Source of the DNA: an uncultured Candidatus Saccharibacteria bacterium
GTDB taxonomy: Bacteria > Patescibacteriota > Minisyncoccia > Portnoybacterales > UBA2143
DNA length: 64,000 bases
Reading direction: 5' to 3'
Assembly (NCBI GenBank): GCA_964594155.1
Contig: CAZQLH010000002.1
Span: 44,324 to 108,323 of the forward strand
The notes under the pieces are model-generated. The model saw nothing but the letters and a program-made list of their open reading frames with translations. It was not told where the DNA came from and ran no database searches. Position numbers and translations under genes: made by a program. This document shows positions 58,132 to 64,000 of the stretch, piece after piece. Every line of letters starts with the position of its first letter. The first letter of the stretch is position 1.

Positions 58132-58638
58132 TCAATACTCAATCCCTTTTCTTGCTTTAACTCCTTTTTTGTAATAATGCTTTATTTCTTTCATTTCTGT
58201 AACTAAATCAGCTAATTGAATAAATTTTTTAGAAGCATTGCGGCCAGTTAAAATAAGCTCTGCTTTTAGTGGAGCTTTTTTTATTAAATTTATTACTTCT
58301 TCTATTTTTAATAAACCTAAATCAATAACTAGATTGATTTCATCTAAAATAATTAGATCATATTTTTTACTTTTAATAGCTTTTTTGGCAAAATTAAAAC
58401 CCTGCTCAGCAAGGTTAAAATCTTTTTTAGTTAATTTATTCTTATTCAAAAATCCTTTTTTGCCAAAAACTTTTGCATTAAAACCTGATAATTTCCTAAT
58501 CGCTTTTATTTCTGAACTCTGTCCATCTTTTAAAAACTGAATTAGTAAAACTTTTTTACCAGCGCCAATTGCTCGCAATCCTATTCCTAAAGCCGCAGTT
58601 GTTTTCCCTTTGCCATGGCCTGTATAAATATGGATCAT
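58132..58638 (-). CDS. cobO: Cob(I)alamin adenosyltransferase (CobO/CobA/BtuR type)
   Basis: YTGHGKGKTTAALG P-loop and LILDEIN motifs. Confidence 0.8.
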   Translation of the reverse strand: MIHIYTGHGKGKTTAALGIGLRAIGAGKKVLLIQFLKDGQSSEIKAIRKLSGFNAKVFGKKGFLNKNKLTKKDFNLAEQGFNFAKKAIKSKKYDLIILDEINLVIDLGLLKIEEVINLIKKAPLKAELILTGRNASKKFIQLADLVTEMKEIKHYYKKGVKARKGIEY

Positions 58639-58647
58639 AATAAAAAA

Positions 58648-61600
58648 CTAAATATTACAAGTTGGACAACTGCCTTTTGGTAAATCAGGTAATTCAGGCG
58701 AAGGATCTCTTAATTCTGGAGAAATTTCTATTTCTTTGATTGGATTTTTTTTATTATTCTTTTTTTTCTTTTTATTACTAGATGGATTTATTTTTTTCTT
58801 ATCATTTCCAATATTCAAAACTTGCTGTTTGCGACTTTCATTGCGATAAAGAGTCATTCCTTTACAGCCAAGTTTATAAGCTAAAAGATAAGCTTTTCTA
58901 ACATCTTGTTCAGAAGCTGAAAATGGAAAGTTAATTGTTTTACTAGTTGCATTATCAACATATTTTTGAAAAACCGCCTGCATCTTAATATGGTCTAATG
59001 GAGCAATATCCAAGGCAGTAACAAAAACTTTTTTTACATCTGTTGGAATTTCTTTAATATCTTGAACATTTCCTTTAGCTGATATTTTCTCAGCAAGTTC
59101 TTTAGACCAAAATCCTCGTTCTTTGGCTATCTCTTTAAAAAGAGGGTTTGTTTCAACCATTTCTTGTCCTCCTAAAATATGCTTTCTAACAAAAGAAATG
59201 GCAAAAAGCGGTTCAATAGCTGAAGAACAGCCAGCAATAATGCTAATTGTTCCAGTTGGCGCAATAGTTGTAGTTGTAGCGTTTCTTATTTTAGGCATCC
59301 CGCTTTTATTATAAACACTATCTTTAAAATTAGAAAAAACCTCTCTTTCTTCTGTTAAAACAACTGAAGCTTTTTTTGATTCTTCTTGAATGAATTTCAT
59401 CACTTTTTCAGCTAAATTTAATGCTTTTCTTGAATTATATGGAATGCTTAATCTAATAAACATATCAGCCAAGCCCATTACTCCCAAGCCAATCTTTCTA
59501 TTGCTTTTGGTCATTTGCTCAATTTCTGGTAAAGGATATTTATTAACATCAATAACATTATCTAAAAATCTAACAGCATTATGAGTGGTTTTTTTTAACT
59601 TATCCCAATCAACTTCCCATTTCTCGCCTTTTTTTTCAACCATTTTACTTAAATTAATACTTCCTAAATTACAGCTTTCATATCCAAGCAACGGCTGCTC
59701 ACCGCAATTATGCAACAGAAATCCATTTCCGTCAAATGCATTAATGCCGGGTATTTGAATATCATAAACATCTTTTTTGCCTATAAAAACAATATCTTTA
59801 ACCGTAACGATAAATCTCTCTCTAACCATTTTTCTATTAAATCCATTAATCAATGATCTTAATTTATCTTGCTTGTCTTTATTGCTAAAACCAACCATTT
59901 TATAAAAAGTTGCAATATTTTCTCTTGAAATAATAAGTTCATGTTGAGCTTTTGTGTTATATAATCTATAACCGCCCTTGCCGTCAGGCATTTCTTTTTT
60001 CATGCTTTTTCTGCGGTTTAAATGCAATTGTGAAAATATCCCCAACCTTAACAACATCCTTTGAACAGCTTTTAATCTCTGGATATTGCTTTGAGATAAT
60101 CTAATGCTAATCCCATTTGTATAAGTTCCTTGAACAGAACCATCAGCGTCAAAAAAACCTCTTAAAAATCCTCTGTAAAAGCTTGATGAAGTTTTTTCAA
60201 TTTCAGGGGTAATTTTTTTCTTATTATCCATACCTAATTCTTTTGTTAAATTTTTAAAATAACCCATAGCTAATCTATATTCATTACGATTAGATATTTT
60301 TTGCCATCCCTTAAAATCAGACCTATGAGGAAATGATTTAGTGTATTTCTCTACCACTTTTCTAATGCTTTTATCGCCGTTACTTTCTCCCCAGCTACTT
60401 AAAACAACTTTATCTTTTTTAATTGTGCCATCTCCTACTAATAGGCCCATTAAATATCCTTCTTTGTTATTATGTTTACCAGGCCATTGATAGTTTTTAT
60501 TAACATTAATTACAATTTTATCGCCTGATTTTAATTTACCAGCTTCTTCCCAATCAGAATTAATTTTATATCTGCTTATTTCTTTAACTTTTTTAATCAG
60601 ATGATTTGCAGTTAAAGAAATTTCATATCCTTCTTTAGTTATTAATTTAAATAATTTTTTAACACCAGTATTAAAGAATCCGTTTCCAGAATTAGACCAT
60701 TCTTTTCCTTCTACAATAACTTTAGTTTTTTTGCCGATCAATTCTTTAACCTGTCTAGGTCCATCATTAGTCATTATCCAAGAATCATCTGAAATACATG
60801 GATTGGTTGATTCTATCTCGCCTAATTTTGGCGTAGGATTGTCTTTATTGATCCTGTCAATGAAAATAATTCCTGGTTCGCCATTGCGCCAAGCATGATG
60901 AACAATTAAATCAAAAACCTCATTAGCGTCTAACTGACCGCTTACTTGGCCATCCCTAGGATTAATTAAATCATATTTCTGCTTCTTTCTAACTGCCTGC
61001 ATAAATTTATCAGTTATAGCAACTGATATATTAAAATTATTTAAAACCCCTTCTTCTAATTTAGAAGTGATGAATTCTAAAATATCAGGATGATCTACTC
61101 GCATAATGCCCATATTCGCGCCTCGTCTTTTTCCGCCTTGCTTAATTACCTCTGTAGCCGCGTTAAAAACAGTCATAAAGGAAAGCGGACCAGAAGATTC
61201 GCCTTGAGTTGATTTAACTAAATCTTTTTTTGGCCTTAAACGAGAAAAACTAAAACCAGTGCCGCCGCCGCTTTTATGGATTAAGGCCGCGTCTTTTACC
61301 GCTTGAAAAATATCCTCCATTGAATCTCCAATTGGAACTACAAAACAAGCGGATAATTGCTGTAAAGCGCCGCCAGCATTCATTAAAGTAGGTGAGTTTG
61401 GAAGGAATTCCAAAGAGGCCATCATTTGATAAAATTCTCTTCCAATACTAAAAAGATCGTCATCAGAAATTGACGGCTTAAAAAATGATTCAGCTGAAGC
61501 AATATTAGCAGCTACTCGTTGAAATAATTGTTGAGGTGTTTCAATAATCTTCCCTTGCTCGTCCTTTCTTAAATACCTTGACTCAAGAACCCTTAAGGCA

Positions 61601-61956
61601 TTTGGTGTAAGCTTGGTTTTAACATCTTGACTTAAAAGCCACCATTTGGCTTCGCGAATCTCTCTTCTTTTTTGACGATAAAGATTGTAAGCTTCAGCAA
61701 TTTCTTTATGTCCTTCTTTAGCTAAGGTCTCAACAACTATATTTTGAATTTGTTCCACTCTAGGAATTTTATCCTTAAACCTTTTATTTAAAACATCAAT
61801 TACTTTATTTGAAATTTTCTGAGCTAAACCTCTGTCTTCTTGTTCTTTAGCTTGAAAAGACTTAAAAATTGCTTCAGTTATCTTGGACTGATAAAAATCA
61901 ACAACCCGGCCGTCTCTTTTTTTAATTTGATTAAAGTTCATTTCTGCTTGAGGCAT
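58648..61956 (-). CDS. nrdJ: Class II (adenosylcobalamin-dependent) ribonucleotide reductase NrdJ with an N-terminal ATP-cone, interrupted by an intein
   Basis: ATP-cone [20 protein letters not shown]; an active-site TNPC...GEQPLL split by the intein; a C-terminal CPTCNI redox pair. Confidence 0.8.
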   Translation of the reverse strand: MPQAEMNFNQIKKRDGRVVDFYQSKITEAIFKSFQAKEQEDRGLAQKISNKVIDVLNKRFKDKIPRVEQIQNIVVETLAKEGHKEIAEAYNLYRQKRREIREAKWWLLSQDVKTKLTPNALRVLESRYLRKDEQGKIIETPQQLFQRVAANIASAESFFKPSISDDDLFSIGREFYQMMASLEFLPNSPTLMNAGGALQQLSACFVVPIGDSMEDIFQAVKDAALIHKSGGGTGFSFSRLRPKKDLVKSTQGESSGPLSFMTVFNAATEVIKQGGKRRGANMGIMRVDHPDILEFITSKLEEGVLNNFNISVAITDKFMQAVRKKQKYDLINPRDGQVSGQLDANEVFDLIVHHAWRNGEPGIIFIDRINKDNPTPKLGEIESTNPCISDDSWIMTNDGPRQVKELIGKKTKVIVEGKEWSNSGNGFFNTGVKKLFKLITKEGYEISLTANHLIKKVKEISRYKINSDWEEAGKLKSGDKIVINVNKNYQWPGKHNNKEGYLMGLLVGDGTIKKDKVVLSSWGESNGDKSIRKVVEKYTKSFPHRSDFKGWQKISNRNEYRLAMGYFKNLTKELGMDNKKKITPEIEKTSSSFYRGFLRGFFDADGSVQGTYTNGISIRLSQSNIQRLKAVQRMLLRLGIFSQLHLNRRKSMKKEMPDGKGGYRLYNTKAQHELIISRENIATFYKMVGFSNKDKQDKLRSLINGFNRKMVRERFIVTVKDIVFIGKKDVYDIQIPGINAFDGNGFLLHNCGEQPLLGYESCNLGSINLSKMVEKKGEKWEVDWDKLKKTTHNAVRFLDNVIDVNKYPLPEIEQMTKSNRKIGLGVMGLADMFIRLSIPYNSRKALNLAEKVMKFIQEESKKASVVLTEEREVFSNFKDSVYNKSGMPKIRNATTTTIAPTGTISIIAGCSSAIEPLFAISFVRKHILGGQEMVETNPLFKEIAKERGFWSKELAEKISAKGNVQDIKEIPTDVKKVFVTALDIAPLDHIKMQAVFQKYVDNATSKTINFPFSASEQDVRKAYLLAYKLGCKGMTLYRNESRKQQVLNIGNDKKKINPSSNKKKKKNNKKNPIKEIEISPELRDPSPELPDLPKGSCPTCNI
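59707..60798 (-). mobile_element. Intein (about 364 aa) with a LAGLIDADG homing-endonuclease domain inside nrdJ
   Basis: Starts with Cys after STNP, has block B TANH, LAGLIDADG motifs [11 protein letters not shown] and [11 protein letters not shown], ends ...LLHN followed by Cys, and the extein resumes CGEQPLL. Confidence 0.75.
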
Positions 61957-62060
61957 AAAAAAAATTCCTTTCTTTTTTAGAATTAAAAATATACTTCTAT
62001 TTTACTCCAAATATAAAAGGCAGTCAAATAACTGCCTTTTAAAATAAGATATAAATAAAT

Positions 62061-63200
62061 TTATTTCATTTTTCTTCTGATAAATGCGGGGATATCCCAT
62101 TCGCTTTCTGGTTCTTCAGCTGTAATAGTTGTTTTAGGTTTAGAAATAACAGGTGTATGTTTTTTCTTATCTTTTTCTCTAACTCCAATCTGACCAATTG
62201 GTGAAATATCCTGAATTCTTGTTTCACTAGCTTTTCTTAATAATCCTTCATCAAAGCCAGTTGCAATAACAGTCACTTTAATTTCTCCTTTCTTTAGCTT
62301 ATCATCCATAACAGCGCCAAAAATAACTTTGGCTTCTGGGTCAATAGACTCAGTAATAACCTTAGCTGCCTCGTTAATTTCAGCCATAGCCAGATCAGCG
62401 CCGCCGCTTACATTAAAAAGAACGCCTTTGGCTCCGTCAATAGAAACTTCTAAAAGAGGAGAATTAATAGCTGCTTTAGCTGCTTCAACTGCCCGATCTT
62501 CGCCAATAGCCCTGCCAATACCCATTAAAGCAGAACCAGTATCCTGCATAATTGCCTTAACATCAGCAAAATCAACATTAACTATTCCAGGTGTAATTAT
62601 TAGATCGGAAATACCTTGAACTGCTTGCCGTAAAACATCATCAACTACTGAAAAAGAGTTTAACAAAGAAGTCTTGCGATCAATAATTGACAGCAATCTA
62701 TCATTAGGAATAGTAATTAAAGTATCAACTTTATCTCTCAATTGAATTAAGCCTTCTTCAGCAATTTGAGTTCTTTGCTGTCCTTCAAAGCTAAAAGGCT
62801 TAGTAACAACTGCTACAGTTAAAGCGCCTGAATCTTTAGCTGCTTCAGCAATAACTGGACCAGCCCCTGATCCGGTTCCGCCGCCTAAACCATAAGCAAT
62901 AAAAACCATATCTGATCCTTTAACTACTTCATGAATCTCATCGCGGTTTTCTTCAGCTGCTTGCCGGCCTATCTCTGGATTCATACCAGCGCCTAATCCT
63001 TTAGTTAAGTTTTTACCAATATGAAGTTTTTCAGACGCGCTAACATGGTGTAAATCTTGAGCATCGGTATTAATAGCTACAAAATCAACTCCATGAATCT
63101 TACAGGCTATCATTCTTGAAATACCATTACCGCCGCTGCCGCCTACGCCAATTACTTTAATTTTAGCAAATGTTTCCACATCTGGTTTAATTTGAGCCAT
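62061..63200 (-). CDS. ftsZ: Cell division protein FtsZ
   Basis: GGGTGSGAGPV tubulin signature. Confidence 0.9.
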   Translation of the reverse strand: MAQIKPDVETFAKIKVIGVGGSGGNGISRMIACKIHGVDFVAINTDAQDLHHVSASEKLHIGKNLTKGLGAGMNPEIGRQAAEENRDEIHEVVKGSDMVFIAYGLGGGTGSGAGPVIAEAAKDSGALTVAVVTKPFSFEGQQRTQIAEEGLIQLRDKVDTLITIPNDRLLSIIDRKTSLLNSFSVVDDVLRQAVQGISDLIITPGIVNVDFADVKAIMQDTGSALMGIGRAIGEDRAVEAAKAAINSPLLEVSIDGAKGVLFNVSGGADLAMAEINEAAKVITESIDPEAKVIFGAVMDDKLKKGEIKVTVIATGFDEGLLRKASETRIQDISPIGQIGVREKDKKKHTPVISKPKTTITAEEPESEWDIPAFIRRKMK

Positions 63201-63299
63201 ACTATTAGAAGTAATAACGAGGATCCTATAGACCCTCCTTTTACTTAAAAATTAACTATCACTATAAATTAGCACAAACAAAAAAATATTGCAAGCTTT

Positions 63300-64000
63300 T
63301 TATGGCAAAAAGCCGCGCAGCCATCCTTTAATCTTTGCTACTGTTAAATCAACAGGAAATCTAGGCAAAGGAATACCTTGTCTGATGTTATTAATATTTT
63401 TATCCACACTCCAAAGAATCAATCCAATAACTGTGGAATAAGCAGGATCATTAATCTCATCTACAACTCCTTCTAATTCCAAGGGAAAACCTACTTGAAC
63501 TGGCAATTTTAATGTTTCTTTGGCTAAATCAACTAAACCAGGTATTTTAGCGCCGCCTCCCAAAAGAACTACTCCAGCTGGCAATAATCCTTGACGGTCA
63601 ATCTTTTTTAATTCTTTATTAGCTAATTCTAGTATTTCTCTTAAACGAGCTTCAATAATTTCAACTACTATTGCCCGAGGAATAATTCCTTTTTCCTCTA
63701 ATCCTAATTTGGATAAATCAATCGCATCCTTTTTACTAATTTCAGAAGTTAAAGCTGATCCGTATTCCAATTTAACTTTTTCAGCCAAATCAATGCCGCC
63801 TCTTAAACCAATAGCTATGTCATTAGTAATATGCGCAGAACCAACAGGCAAAATACAACTATGAATAATTTCGCCTTCTTCAAAAACTGTCAAGCCAGCT
63901 GTTCCACCGCCTAAATCTAAAGCTAAAACACCTAGTTCTTTTTGTCTTTTACTTAAAGCAGATCGGCTGGCAGCTAATGAAGATAAAACTATATCTTCTA
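63300..64000 (-). CDS. ftsA: Cell division protein FtsA, C-terminal part (the gene continues beyond the window end)
   Basis: Actin-like C-terminal domain sequence (VVLLGGGAKIPGL) with a stop at 63300. Confidence 0.75.
   Translation of the reverse strand, partial: EDIVLSSLAASRSALSKRQKELGVLALDLGGGTAGLTVFEEGEIIHSCILPVGSAHITNDIAIGLRGGIDLAEKVKLEYGSALTSEISKKDAIDLSKLGLEEKGIIPRAIVVEIIEARLREILELANKELKKIDRQGLLPAGVVLLGGGAKIPGLVDLAKETLKLPVQVGFPLELEGVVDEINDPAYSTVIGLILWSVDKNINNIRQGIPLPRFPVDLTVAKIKGWLRGFLP

Noticed and set aside
1-64000. CRISPR arrays and rRNA genes
   Set aside because: I saw no regularly spaced direct repeats and no 16S, 23S or 5S-like conserved segments anywhere in the window.

Overview
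The window is low-GC (about one third GC by eye) and densely packed, and it looks like a small-genome bacterium. By inference it is most consistent with a CPR/Patescibacteria-like lineage: archaeal-type ProRS, short ValRS, IF-2 and S1, PilM/ComFC/ComEC competence genes, and a B12-dependent class II RNR carrying an intein. I call about 70 CDS and 16 tRNAs. I found no rRNA and no CRISPR array.

Housekeeping content includes recG, tsaD, valS, gyrA, rpsA, ftsH, rplS, cfa, proS, infB, rbfA, htrA, rpmB, ndk, cobO, nrdJ, ftsZ and ftsA.

The accessory or unusual content is the interesting part:
- (a) An islet at 2473-6685, bracketed by two tRNA-Ser genes, holds an MNT-like nucleotidyltransferase, an unknown 294-aa protein, two DNA methyltransferases (gamma- and beta-class), an excisionase-type HTH and a SprT-like HExxH protein. 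No recognisable restriction endonuclease is present.
- (b) A block at about 42.2-48.2 kb has four minus-strand genes (SAM-MTase, ProRS, class-IV aminotransferase, a GC-rich 635-aa unknown). Each is followed by a member of a homologous family of hairpin-containing intergenic elements. A perfect 18-bp inverted repeat brackets the first gene. The whole block sits beside a divergently oriented Xer-like tyrosine recombinase, giving it an integron-like or cassette-like look.
- (c) A compositionally foreign 468-aa unknown ORF lies next to tRNA-Leu(TAG).
- (d) There are three selfish-nuclease loci: a LAGLIDADG intein in nrdJ, a free-standing LAGLIDADG ORF after tRNA-Leu(TAA), and a small GIY-YIG ORF with a structured GC-rich leader between two tRNAs.
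- (e) comEC is split into two overlapping ORFs at an A6/T6 homopolymer.

Other items are a three-gene putative exopolysaccharide module, three tandem VirB2/TrbC-like small membrane-protein paralogs, an SPFH/NfeD-like pair, tandem DksA/TraR zinc-finger genes, several GC-rich structured elements and repeated motifs, and an identical 48-nt segment upstream of two tRNA genes.

Every functional call rests on motif recognition by eye in the translated ORFs. I ran no database search.
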